From contig OX337237.1 in NCBI GenBank assembly GCA_946965045.2, forward strand, positions 1,550,001 to 1,614,000: a DNA stretch of 64,000 bases, given 5' to 3'. This document shows, one piece after another, positions 33,059-43,786 of the stretch. How positions within the stretch are numbered: position 1 is the first letter of the stretch; each line of letters opens with the position of its first letter. A model generated the notes under the pieces. That model made no database searches and had not been told where the DNA came from. It was given only the letters and a program-made list of their open reading frames with translations. The DNA is from Epithemia pelagica (lineage: Eukaryota > Protista > Bacillariophyta). Both the position numbers and the translations under genes were made by a program.

Positions 33059-34591
33059 TCATACGACAGTCCAAGAGTCCTCAACTTCGGCCCCTAGAGC
33101 CTGAATTTCTCCACAGTCGTCGTCACTCTTCTTGCTGAGCGTATCAATAAGCCAATACTTGCAATCCAAAGAGGGAGCACCCATGACAGACAAAGCGCGG
33201 GACGACTTGTGATCGCCGATCGATATTTGGGCCATCCTTGACACTGCTGAAAGTCCATGAAACTGGGAAACCGCATGCAGAAGCAAGCGATGGAACCCAC
33301 CGGTGGCGTTGGAAGGATCAAAATAGAACTGCGTAGTCACCAGTTTCCCATCTTTTCGCCTGGTGATTGTAGGTTGCTCGAGCAGTATTCCATCCCACCA
33401 ATTGTCCACCAACTTGCCGACCGTGTTGGTGCTGTTTGGTGAACGGAATGATTTCAACAAGAAAGTTTCAAATGTCTTGACTACACGAGCCGCTGGGTAT
33501 GAGTTCTGGCATGCCTTGACAACCACTCGTCGCAATCGATTGTCAATTCGGAACAACATTTGCTCGGCCGAAGTCGGAGCAGCAGTGGGTTTTCTGGATG
33601 TTGCTGCGCTTTGCTGGGGTACCGGCAATTCTCCCTCAAAGAATCGATCGCGCAAGCCATTCCACTTTCCAATATCCATGAATCTGTCCACAACACGAGA
33701 CAAATGTATCAGTGCTAGGTCACGCTCAAAACCAATCAGTCAAGAGCTCCAAAGACTTACTGGTTCATGGCTTGTGATTGGTGTTCCATGGGATCATATA
33801 CCTCCCTATAGAGATGAGCATCTTCCTTCCCCTTCAAAAGCACGTGAGCGGCGCTTCGAGAAGAGGGCGCAATCTCGGCGGCAACGTTTTCCAAGCGATC
33901 ATTGTTCCAGCGACGAACCTTTCGGTGAGACGGACCTTGTTTGGCCGATCGTTCCGGTGTTTGCTCCCGGATCTGAATGTAGGTGGAACCACGTCATAGA
34001 TGAGAGACAAGAGCCAAACAGGCGAAACCAGTGATACCGTCCGACGAGCCATGAAGCTGCTAGGGGCGATCAAAGCGGACTTACTCTTGATGGCAACAAC
34101 ACTGCTCCAACAGCACCACCAACTCCAGGACGAATGGTAATGCGTCTCGGTTGGTCGGCTATTTCTACCCTTCTGGAATTGGCAACATCCGAAGCGTTGG
34201 AAGCACCATCGGTGCTGGTTCTTCGGAATTCATCTGGGTCGAGAGGAGATTCGGTGCGACGGGGTGTTCGATTTCTCTGATTGGATCGGGGCCGCTGCAT
34301 CAAACTTTCCAGGGTCACTCGTCGTTGCCGACCGTGTGGGACAGTGTCATTGGCTTCGGCTTGATGAATCTCTTGTTCCGATAATTGCAACGTTCGTGTG
34401 GGTGTCGTGTGCGGAGAAGACCGACGCAAGGCTGCCACCGACAACCGTGGTACCGTGGGCGATGACAACCGCACTGCCAATGGAGTAGTATTGCTGGTGC
34501 TATTAGTATTCGACAAGGAGGCAGGAGTCTCGCGTCCAGCTCCGGATGGGTTCCTGGCACCGGCCTGTGTACCTCCAGCGTTGGTATCCAT
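33059..34591 (-). CDS. R3H domain protein with R3H-associated N-terminal domain (R3HDM4-like); exons 34085-34591, 33761-33972, 33059-33683
   Basis: GPSHRKVRRWNND and FHRLLLHAVSQFHGL; two GT-AG introns (112 and 77 bp) give an open 1344-nt frame. Confidence 0.82.
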
Positions 34592-34836
34592 GATGAATGC
34601 CGCTGCCCTGTTACTCCTTCCTTCTCAAGTCCAGACAGAAAACGCAGATTCTTTGTCAAATGACATCAACAGCTTACACTGATGCAATAGATGTCTCACG
34701 TCTCGTAGAATAGAAGATGCCGAACATGTGCAACGGACGCACAAATAATTGGGGTAAAATGGAAATTAAATTATTTTCCATATTTAAATATAAAATTACG
34801 ATTCGAAATATGCATAAAAACTTCACTTAAAATACC

Positions 34837-34984
34837 TCAAATTGGATAAACAGCAAAGAGTGTGGAGGCTAGTTTAGGTTTTTCTATCCAAAGATTTTAC
34901 TTCCCGCTCGCTAACTCGCGCGCCAGCAAGCTACTTCGGATGGACTAATCTACATCCACTCGCACCCGGTCGCCGTTATCAACT
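34837..34984. repeat. PLE 3' pseudo-LTR
   Basis: Direct repeat of 38284-38441 (TCAAATTGGATAAACAGC...CGTTATCAACT); contains the ORF stop codon. Confidence 0.9.
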
Positions 34985-35661
34985 ACATCGGTGGTCAGGG
35001 CATCAACGATAGGGAGCTCCTCTAGGTTGCCGTCATCCACAATGAGCACTGGTGGAGTGTCTTTGGGAGTGCTGAATGCAAATCTAGCTTGGAGCCCCCG
35101 TCTACGTCGTTCTTGGTAAGACATGGGCGGGATCGCATCAATGATGCTTTCACTCCTCATGTCTGTGCCCTGGTCCATATCGTCATTTGCAGTTGATAGG
35201 TTGGTGGGGGAGATTGATGAGGAGGTTGTCCATGAAAAAACCGAGGACCTTGAGCTTGCCGAGGTAGTCGAAATCGGGCGGCAAAGGAGGACCCTTTCGT
35301 CGTCGTCCGACTCATCAGTGCTGGTTGTTTTGTTGTTCTTGAACCGGTGAAATCTCGGCTTATGGCGACAGGCGCTGTAAACCTCGTTGCACTTGTTGAT
35401 TGCCAATTTCGGGTTCTTTCGTGTGAATTTCAGTATCTCTAGCCTCTCTTTCGCGCAGAGTTTACAATTCCGTGTACCAAACGTCTTGACTGTGGACAGT
35501 GGCTTGCCCTGCCATAGGATATCAACTTTGAGTTTGATGTGTTGTTTGATTTCTTTTTTCTCGATACCTCGTGGGACAAAGCACGCAAAGTGACTCGCGA
35601 AAGAGTCTGATTGTTTGTTTTGGAGTACAAGAGCCTTGACGTCTTGTACGTGTTGCTGCAA
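34945..35661 (-). CDS. PLE GIY-YIG C-terminal part, frameshifted from the RT ORF by a 64-bp tandem duplication
   Basis: SDSFASHF, CKLCAKER, INKCNEVYSACRHKPRFH. Removing one 64-bp copy restores a single 3213-nt ORF. Confidence 0.85.
   Translation of the reverse strand: MQQHVQDVKALVLQNKQSDSFASHFACFVPRGIEKKEIKQHIKLKVDILWQGKPLSTVKTFGTRNCKLCAKERLEILKFTRKNPKLAINKCNEVYSACRHKPRFHRFKNNKTTSTDESDDDERVLLCRPISTTSASSRSSVFSWTTSSSISPTNLSTANDDMDQGTDMRSESIIDAIPPMSYQERRRRGLQARFAFSTPKDTPPVLIVDDGNLEELPIVDALTTDVVDNGDRVRVDVD
35281..35321 (-). ncRNA. Putative minimal type-I hammerhead ribozyme within the PLE ORF
   Basis: Minus strand GCA-CUGAUGA-GUCG(GACGA)CGAC-GAAA-GG(GUCCU)CC-UU-UGC: conserved cores, 4-bp stem II with G-C closing pair, short stems I and III. 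Confidence 0.7.
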
Positions 35662-35701
35662 ACGTTTCTTTACGTGTTGTTGCGTATTTCCAATGTACTG
35701 T

Positions 35702-38221
35702 TTACCTGTTTATGTGTTGCTGCAAACGTTTCTTTACGTGTTGTTGCGTATTTCCAATGTACTGTTTACCTGTTTGGAGGCAGGTAGCTCTGTAGACAAC
35801 TATCGATCTCCCGCAGCGGCCACTGTACGGGCATGCCTCTCTGTTCCTGCAGTTGCAGTCGAGGTCTTCGAAATCCAGTGAATTGAGGCCGTCTGCTAGT
35901 TTTGAGTTCAAGTCCCCTTGAAAAAGTTCGCGGATGTTGTTGAAGCGATGGTAGGACATAGATATGCGTAGCCACGAAAGGGAGGGGAATTTGGACTTGA
36001 TCTCCTTTATCACTTTGTGAATTGGTTTCCTCCAAAAATCGGTGAATCCGATCTTGAAATAGATCGCCCGTTTACGGTCTCGCTCTCGTCTCTTCTTCAG
36101 CGCTTGTGATGCCGTGTCTTCCTTTTCCTTTGCCATTTTTTCTTTAGACTCGCCCAGAGTTGGAACTTGTTCGGGTTTGATGGGTTTGGCATTGTTTAGG
36201 GCTTCGAAGTGGGTAGGATAGAGTTCCGAAAGCTTGCAGTTGGTGTTGTCGTCGTCAAGGGAGGTAAGTTTCGTGAGTCGCTTGAAAACGCCGCTCGGGA
36301 TTGCTTTGAAACACCCAGGGGTGTGAGCGCTCCCCTTGTTAAGGTATTTTAACTGCTGGTTTTCTTTCAGGTGGACCTTGAAGGAGAGTTTGGAGTTGGA
36401 GTTCCAAAACATCTCCATGTCTAGGAAAGGGAAGGATTCAGACTTGGCAATCGTCGTACTGGGGGATTCGATTGTTTCTGGATCGTGGAGGTTGGTTGGA
36501 TCCCAAATCACGGCTGTGAATTTGAGAAATTCATTTCCCGCTACATCGTTAATGTCGGTTTGAAAGGCTTTGAGCCAGTCTTGGATTTGCTTCGTTGAGA
36601 GTTGGCCCTTGAATACTGCTAGGCCGTCATCTCGGTACATGCCGAAATAGTGCATGGGGTCGTGGATAGAATCGTAGGGTGCTTCTTGTAGGAAGGACAT
36701 CACTAGATCTGCCAACCAAGCTGATTCGTATCCACCAATCGTGAGACCCCTCTCCTCAGGTTTGAGGTCACCGTCGTAGAGGTAATACTCATCCTTGAAG
36801 GCAATCAACGTGTTTGTCATACCGAAGTAGATCAAATCGAGGCAGAGGTTGATTGTACGGTGTGTCTCGGGGGGTAGCGCTTCCGCGTAGTAGATGACCG
36901 CGTCGTAGATAAGTTGGAACTTAATCGACGGGTACATGGCTTCAGCGTCTACCGACACGATTGTTGAGTTGGAGAAGTCGAAGAGCAGTTGTTCGAGTTT
37001 TTCCTTGAGGTCTGAGGCTTGGACGATGTTACGTTGTCCGTACTCAATGTTGTGTTCCTTGAACAAGTTTTTTATGCCAAGGTAGCCGATTTTAGGGAAG
37101 CCCGCTGTGAAATTCGTTGCGGGCACGACTAGACGTGTTGGGTAGTTGCCGTCGGGTCCTGCCTTCTTGTGATCCTTGACCAGAATTTTCGGGTATGGGA
37201 TGGCCTTGGATTGAATTTTCTCTTTCAAGAAGTTTCTCTCATTTGTTGAAATGAACAGGTCCAGTTCTTGAATGAAAGAGAAGCAGTTGTCTACGATCTC
37301 TGTGAGTCTGGAGCGATCGATCCTGACGGCGCTCTTCGCGAGGTGTTTGTTGATTTCCTTTGAGTATTCGCCAGTCGACATGATCGTGAAGGAGTTTGTC
37401 TTGTCCGTGGGGATAACGACTAGATCACGTTCTTTCAGTTGTTTGAGTAGGTCTTTGATTTCCAGCGAGAGTTTGCTTTCGTTTCTTGTCTTCTTATTGG
37501 CGAGTGATTCCGCAATGATTGCTTCTTCTACCTGTTTCAGAAAGCATTCTAACTCGTTGGAACCGACTGGGGCACTCTTCTTCTTGTTCTCCGGTTTGGC
37601 ACCACTGTTGAGGCCTGACTTGAATAGGTCCTTCGTATCATCCTCTAGTTCTTCTTCGTAGTTCTTGCCGGAGAACGGGTCGGGCCACTGCCACTCGGGG
37701 TCCATGAGTGACCTGTCCCATTGGCTATTGGAGAGCAGCGTGGGGTTGTTGTGGTAATAACTCGCCCATACTGCTTGCTCCGTTTCGACGCGGTCTTTGT
37801 GTTCATTCCGCCAGTATTCGGCCCAGCGGCACCTCGTCTTGAAATCACCGATTCCATTAATGGCGTCGATTGTGCGTTCGTCCTCCGAGGGGGCCGGGAC
37901 GAAGCGTTCAGAAACTTCAACAGCTAGCATTTGCACCAGCAATCGGAGTTTTTCCTCTCTCCGATTAAGGTCTTTTTCATCCGTCTCCTGGCTGTATCCG
38001 GTCGTACCCGCTTGGGCTTTCTCTCCTTCGGAGGTCTGAATGTTCAAGCAAGAAAGTTTCATTGTCGGCGATGGCGCTGGCGGCGAAGATGGTTGCGATG
38101 TTGGCACCTGGGGAGTTTCTTGGTTCGCGGGTTGGCGGCTCAAAGAAACTGAGCACAGGGCTTGTTCAACTGCGTTCGTATCGACCGACAAGCTTTTGTG
38201 GAGCATTGTCATTGTCGGCAA
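35702..38221 (-). CDS. PLE reverse transcriptase plus N-half of GIY-YIG endonuclease
   Basis: VIPTDKTN, RLVVP, SVDAEAMYPSI, GLTIGGYESAWLADLVM, YRDDG, FPFLD, then CNC..C..C and VVYRATC...YIGNT. Confidence 0.93.
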   Translation of the reverse strand: MPTMTMLHKSLSVDTNAVEQALCSVSLSRQPANQETPQVPTSQPSSPPAPSPTMKLSCLNIQTSEGEKAQAGTTGYSQETDEKDLNRREEKLRLLVQMLAVEVSERFVPAPSEDERTIDAINGIGDFKTRCRWAEYWRNEHKDRVETEQAVWASYYHNNPTLLSNSQWDRSLMDPEWQWPDPFSGKNYEEELEDDTKDLFKSGLNSGAKPENKKKSAPVGSNELECFLKQVEEAIIAESLANKKTRNESKLSLEIKDLLKQLKERDLVVIPTDKTNSFTIMSTGEYSKEINKHLAKSAVRIDRSRLTEIVDNCFSFIQELDLFISTNERNFLKEKIQSKAIPYPKILVKDHKKAGPDGNYPTRLVVPATNFTAGFPKIGYLGIKNLFKEHNIEYGQRNIVQASDLKEKLEQLLFDFSNSTIVSVDAEAMYPSIKFQLIYDAVIYYAEALPPETHRTINLCLDLIYFGMTNTLIAFKDEYYLYDGDLKPEERGLTIGGYESAWLADLVMSFLQEAPYDSIHDPMHYFGMYRDDGLAVFKGQLSTKQIQDWLKAFQTDINDVAGNEFLKFTAVIWDPTNLHDPETIESPSTTIAKSESFPFLDMEMFWNSNSKLSFKVHLKENQQLKYLNKGSAHTPGCFKAIPSGVFKRLTKLTSLDDDNTNCKLSELYPTHFEALNNAKPIKPEQVPTLGESKEKMAKEKEDTASQALKKRRERDRKRAIYFKIGFTDFWRKPIHKVIKEIKSKFPSLSWLRISMSYHRFNNIRELFQGDLNSKLADGLNSLDFEDLDCNCRNREACPYSGRCGRSIVVYRATCLQTGKQYIGNTQQHVKKRLQQHINR

Positions 38222-38283
38222 GATCCTTTCTTGGATTGGAATTCGGAACCACGGTGGGGCGAGTCAGCTACCGTAGGTGTATA

Positions 38284-38441
38284 TCAAATTGGATAAACAG
38301 CAAAGAGTGTGGAGGCGAGTTTAGGTTTTTCTATCCAAAGATTTTGGAGTGTTCTACTTCCCGCTCGCTAACTCGCGCGCCAGCAAGCTACTTCGGATGG
38401 ACTAATCTACATCCACTCGCACCCGGTCGCCGTTATCAACT
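38284..38441. repeat. PLE 5' pseudo-LTR
   Basis: Same as 34837-34984 except one substitution and a 10-nt insertion (GGAGTGTTCT). Confidence 0.9.
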
Positions 38442-38609
38442 TTGTTACTCGAGAATCAAAAATCCGAAACGTGGGGGGTCTTGCCATCTTTGGAAAAATC
38501 TTTGCGTGGTGGGACTGAGAACTGGGACTGAATGCTGCAATGTATCTTTCACGAATCATCATAGTGTGGAAGAAGAAAGCAAACTCCATGGCAGGTAGAG
38601 AGAGAGACA

Positions 38610-40571
38610 ATGAAAGTTTCATGGATGCGACGCTGGCTGTGTGGCCGTGAGCCAAATCCACCGGTTTGGCCGGATACCGACGAATCCAAGGTGATTGTCG
38701 TTTCCCCACAAGACTGTCAGGATCCAGAAACGGTCAAGGCCTTGCAGGAACAAATCTCGGATCCTTACGATCCCAATTCCACCAATATGGGAAAGACACT
38801 CATTCCCAAAGGAACATTTACCAGTGCCAATCACTTTAGCTCTCGCCGCCGTGCCGTCTTGTTTAAACCAGGAACCTATGACATTGATCTGGAGGTCGGC
38901 TACTACTCGCAAGTATTGGGTCTTGGATCGTCGTCCAGTGATGTTGTGTTTGAAGATGTCAAAAAAGGAAACGACATTATTGAGGAACGCTATGGCATTT
39001 TTGTACCAGCGCTGGATCGCCATGTGTGTCCCTGGGGTCTTTGTCTCAACACATTTTGGAGGAGTGCCGAAAACTTTTCGTCCAATGTAACGGGACGGTC
39101 CAAACAGTATACTGGATTGGATCAAGGTTTGGGTCTACAATGGGCCGTAAGTCAAGCCGCTCCTCTACGACGAGTCCATGCTCGGCAAGGTTTGACCTTG
39201 GGCGACGGTGCGGCCTATGCCAGTGGTGGCTTTGTGGCCAATCTCAAAGTCGAGGGTATCACCAATCAAGTGGCACAACAACAATTTTGTCACCGCAACG
39301 TCCAATTCACCGAGGGCGTCCAACATGGAGCCTGGAGTTTGGTCTTTAGTGGCTGTACTGATCAAGACAACCAGTCCTATCCGGCGACCAATCTTCCCTA
39401 TCGGGGAGCAGGCAAACCGGCCATTACTGTCGCACAACTGCCGTTGGTAACCATGGAGAAGCCCTACATTGTTCTTCAGTCGGATCAAAAACGCTTTAGT
39501 TTGCGTGTACCGAAACGAGTCGTGGCCAAGTCGTCCACCTCCCAAACCAACAAGGATGGACCTGTACCATCTACCATTGGACCACGACTGGGTCATGAAC
39601 CAAACGACAGTGTCCGTGATTTTTCTCGAGTCCGAGTGGTCCGATCCGACGAGAACAGTCCTACTCTCCGAATTCAACAAGCCTTGGACGAGGGCAAAGA
39701 TGTTGTCTTGGCGGCTGGTATATTCCACTTGACATCCACCATTGAAATCAAAGACTCGAACCGAGTCATTCTTGGTATCGGCATGGCCACTCTCATGGCA
39801 CCACCCAATGGGTCGCCGTGTATTCGTGTCCGACCCTTTTGCAGTGGTGTTCGTTTGGCCGGTATCATTTTGGAAGCCTCCGAGCGAAGCTCTTCTGTGC
39901 CAAGTTATCCGGGAGTGTCGTGTCTTCTCGAGTGGGGGGAAGAGGGTGTCACAGATGCGGGAAAGGAACAAAACCCCGGCGGTATGTTTGATTTGTTTTG
40001 TCGGGTGGGTGGCGACACGGATGGAGATCGTACCAAGATTTATGTAGACGCCATGGTTCGGTTGCATTCGGGCAACCTCGTGGGAGACAATGTCTGGCTG
40101 TGGAGAGCAGATCATGCCAAACTCCAAAAGGGAGAAGAGCCCAATTATCCGAACATTTCCCCGGACTATTGGCAGGTACAAGAAAACGAACTTCAAGTCA
40201 AGAAATATGGATTGGAAGTCGTGGGCAATGATATTACCATTTACGGCCTTCAAGTCGAACACGCCAATGGTCATCAAACCGTGTGGAGAGGGGAAAGGGG
40301 CGTGGTTGTGTTTTACCAGTGCGAGCTTCCCTATGGAGTGTCTCAGACTTCCTTCGGTGACCCTGGTTATCTAGGATATTGGGTGGAGGAGGGTGTCTCG
40401 CAACATACCGTTTACGCTCCAGGCATTTACAGCAACTTTCGCAATCACCGTGTGGAGGTGCAAACGGCCATGCAAACTCCCACACCAAATCTTTCGTTGG
40501 ACCGCGTCCTACCGAAAGCCGTCAATGTGATTAATCCATTCACGGTTCTTTTGGACAACCATTTCGGGTAA
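38610..40571 (+). CDS. Bacterial-type GH55 exo-beta-1,3-glucanase (laminarinase)-like protein
   Basis: LFKPGTY, VGYYSQVLGLG, FWRSAEN, WAVSQAAPLRRVH, ASGGF, MEKPY, WLWRADH, VEH and FYQCE match the Streptomyces-type GH55 motif series as recalled; intronless. Confidence 0.85.
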   Translation: MKVSWMRRWLCGREPNPPVWPDTDESKVIVVSPQDCQDPETVKALQEQISDPYDPNSTNMGKTLIPKGTFTSANHFSSRRRAVLFKPGTYDIDLEVGYYSQVLGLGSSSSDVVFEDVKKGNDIIEERYGIFVPALDRHVCPWGLCLNTFWRSAENFSSNVTGRSKQYTGLDQGLGLQWAVSQAAPLRRVHARQGLTLGDGAAYASGGFVANLKVEGITNQVAQQQFCHRNVQFTEGVQHGAWSLVFSGCTDQDNQSYPATNLPYRGAGKPAITVAQLPLVTMEKPYIVLQSDQKRFSLRVPKRVVAKSSTSQTNKDGPVPSTIGPRLGHEPNDSVRDFSRVRVVRSDENSPTLRIQQALDEGKDVVLAAGIFHLTSTIEIKDSNRVILGIGMATLMAPPNGSPCIRVRPFCSGVRLAGIILEASERSSSVPSYPGVSCLLEWGEEGVTDAGKEQNPGGMFDLFCRVGGDTDGDRTKIYVDAMVRLHSGNLVGDNVWLWRADHAKLQKGEEPNYPNISPDYWQVQENELQVKKYGLEVVGNDITIYGLQVEHANGHQTVWRGERGVVVFYQCELPYGVSQTSFGDPGYLGYWVEEGVSQHTVYAPGIYSNFRNHRVEVQTAMQTPTPNLSLDRVLPKAVNVINPFTVLLDNHFG

Positions 40572-41367
40572 GCTTTCATTGGGAGAAAAGGAAGAACAAT
40601 GTGGGCGCTTTTTTCTAACAGCAACTGTTTTGCTCCCCTTTTATGGCATATTTCACAGAATCCAGCATGTATTGAACCGTGAGGGTGAAAAGGCGGACGA
40701 GCAGGGTGAACCGAGCTTCCTGAACCAGTTACCAGACGATGGAGAAGGAAAGTAGAGGATTGATTTGTTTTCCCCGTTTCCTGTCCATAGGATATAGGAT
40801 GCTCGCATAGGCACCCACATGTGCTTTTCTATGTCAGGAATATGATTATGATACTTCTAACTTCTAATACTCCTCTATTGAATGGACTACAACTATGTGG
40901 TACTATGTACTACTCGTATACCCTGAATAACAAAAAGTCCAACCAACTTTCTCTTTCGTAGTGACACATTATTGTGTTGGGCTTATGAGCAGCCCCTCCG
41001 CAGTCGCGTTTCGCTTTTATGCATGTTGCTTTCAATTTTTTCCATTTACTCTCTAGCTAGGAGTAATATCTGTGGTTGCCAATGGAAAATGGAAACAGTG
41101 CTGGATTTTGAGACCATGAAGGACATTGATCTCGTTGCGCTTGCCAACGAACTCTGCTTTATATCTTTTATATTGGTCGTGAAGACCGCACAGCGAAAGA
41201 GATGTAAAAGAAAGCTTTCGATCTCACCGAAACAACCCAGAGATTTTGTAAGGATAGAGGCTGAAGAAGTGCCAATTTTGAACGGTTGGTATCCCCCGAC
41301 TTGTCTTGGGGAAATTCGAGTTGCAATCCTTCACAATTGTTGGAGCGTCGATTGCTCATCCGAATCA

Positions 41368-43102
41368 TCAGCAATCTATCGCCATGGCTTTTTCGTGACT
41401 TCTCAAGTGAAGCCACGCATTGGCCCCATACTTTTCACCTTTTGTTACGGGCATAGACTCATGCATAGTCCGTTCATCATATTCACTTGGATCTTCGTCC
41501 AAGACGCTTGGCCAGATAGCAACTCGACCTACTTTTGGTGTGACTGTAATGTTGGACCATTCGAAGCGGGTTTCCCCACCCTCTTCGACGTCGTTCAAAT
41601 ATATGAAGATAGTCAAAATACGAGGACCAGAAAGGTGCATGTGCGAATCATCCATGTAATCTGTGTGTACAGTATAAAACTGGTCTCGCTCATCTGTCCA
41701 ATACATGATAGAATAAAAGTAAAACAATTGGAAAAAGTCAGAGAACCATTCAGAACTCAACAACATGTTGCGAACACATTTCGATGTTTGAGATTCTCAT
41801 CTTACATCGAAGCAGTTGAATGTCCTCGGAGTTCTCTGGTGGCACCCCGGTCATGTTTTCAATTCTCTCAAAGATACCAATCACCACTTCGTCTGATTTA
41901 CACTCTTTGCTACACCACGCATTAGTTGATGTTCGGTCTTCATCAATCTCGCCTTCCATTGAGTTTCCCGTTTCTTCTTCAGTTCCACCTTCTACTTCGC
42001 TGCGTTCATAGCCCATTGCGCCACCCCATTCGATCAAGCGTTTCGCTTCGTCCTTGGTAATGAAATCATCAATGGTGATAATCCACGCTCCCAAGTCGTA
42101 TTCGGCTGTTTCTTCTGTATGACCCGGAAGATAGTCTGGCCGGGACCAGACTGTTGTGTTGTAGGCGTCAATGGCTAAAATTCGTTCAAAGGCGCGATTC
42201 AAGTCACCTGGCTTCCATATGTCTGGAAAGCGTTCCTGGTCAATGGGGCATCGTGTTTCGTAATGCAATTGTTTGCATGTACCACAAGCAGGGGCGCAAT
42301 CTTCTACCATGGATTCATCTTGTTCACATTCCCCCTCGACTGCCCAAACGGTACACATGGGATAATAGTTGAAGCACAACTTGCGCACTTTGAGGTAGAA
42401 GTCATCTGACCACACAACTTGGCGCATATACTCTTGCGTCTCGGCCAACTTGGCGGTAACCGCCTCTGTCAAGTTAGTTTTGGAATTTTCGTTCTCCAAG
42501 AGCTGAGCAACACCAAATTCAACCCCAGGCCCTTCAGGTGCCTGACATTTTTGACAGACCGCGGAACACTCTTCATTCATGTACTCTGGGTTGACGGCAC
42601 ACTCACCCTCCATTGCCCAGAGAGTACAATCTTGATGGCTATTCCAACAATCTCCACAAAGATAGACAAAAGGATCCGTGGTCTTGGCAAATTCATCCAT
42701 GTACTCCTTGGTTTCTTGGATTTTGGCCACAACGGAGTGTTTGTCATTGTCAGCAAGCGCCTGAACGACCCCAAACTTGCTACCCAGTTCTTTGTCGCTG
42801 TATCCTTCGTCTTCCTCTTCTTTGTCCCACTCAATTTCTTCTTCATCTTCCTGCTCTAAGCTGGATTTGTTTGTATCCATTTTCATGGCTTCTGGAATAT
42901 CTTGTATTTCTTGTTCGTTTTCCCGTGCTTCATCCGTCTCTTTGACTACGGCACAAGTGTCCAGAGTTTGGAAGAAAAGCTGCGATTGTTGTGTGTTTTG
43001 GCTCCAAGAACCAATAGTCTCTGCTGTCACCTTGTCGTCGTATGCCTGCGACGCCGTCATCAACGAGAACAGAACCACACTCCCAAGGAACCGATTCGTC
43101 AT
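41368..43102 (-). CDS. Secreted prolyl 4-hydroxylase with two ShK domains; intron 41694-41805
   Basis: Signal peptide, two C..CTxWAxEGEC...C...C..C modules, spliced QLLRYE..FYTVHTD, RILTIFIYLNDVEEGGETRF, HESMPV..GEKYGANAW. Confidence 0.92.
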
Positions 43103-43786
43103 GTTGAGGGATTTCTAGGTAGTTTCGCGTCTCGCTGTTGTGTGCTGTTCCAGGTATGATGATTTTGGTGCATTCATGCGCTTGAAATGAAATGGTGGAT
43201 CGGATCGCAGCCGTGGTTGTTCTCATTTGCCGACGAAAGTCGTTGGAACAAATTTTTTTGGTTGTGTTGCAATTGGCCCAAGAATGTGGCGCCAGGCGCC
43301 GGGGGACTTCACACTTCACCTTGGAGCTCGTATCCAAGAGAGATATGCAGATGCGTTGGGCTGGTTGGAAAGTTAAGCCTACGCAATGGGAAATTCATTG
43401 GGAACAGGCATGTCATCGGGATGATGTACATTGTAATAGTCTTACTCGTACATAGTTCGGATTGACCAAGACCAAATGCAACGGAAGCAGACGTGTTGGG
43501 CTCAGTCTCTAAAACTAGCTCTTAGACTAGAAGATCCTTCGTCTTCCATTTCTGGCATTCTACTGTTTGTAGATATCGCATACTAATTAGTACACCTCAT
43601 TCCTGAGTAGAGATCGACTCACCTACTAAGTAGATCAGTTATAGATTCATCTGATTAGTACACTATATAGTGTGATCTTGGATAAAGAATGGTAATTTTC
43701 CATCGGTTCGAATTTCTCACATTATTTATTTTTCCTAGTGAAATAGATAGTTTCGCGCTGAGAAGTCTCCTGAGGCTGAACTCTAA

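Larger units (their letters stand above)
34837..38441 (-). mobile_element. Penelope-like retroelement (PLE; RT + C-terminal GIY-YIG, Naiad/Neptune-like Cys motifs) bounded by pseudo-LTRs
   Basis: RT and GIY-YIG ORFs flanked by ~150-bp direct repeats at 34837-34984 and 38284-38441. Confidence 0.92.

Noticed and set aside
39165-40277. 370-aa antisense ORF, and similar shadows at 33363-34034, 22848-23822 and 47754-48305
   Set aside because: They overlap well-supported genes on the opposite strand or frame and have no motifs.
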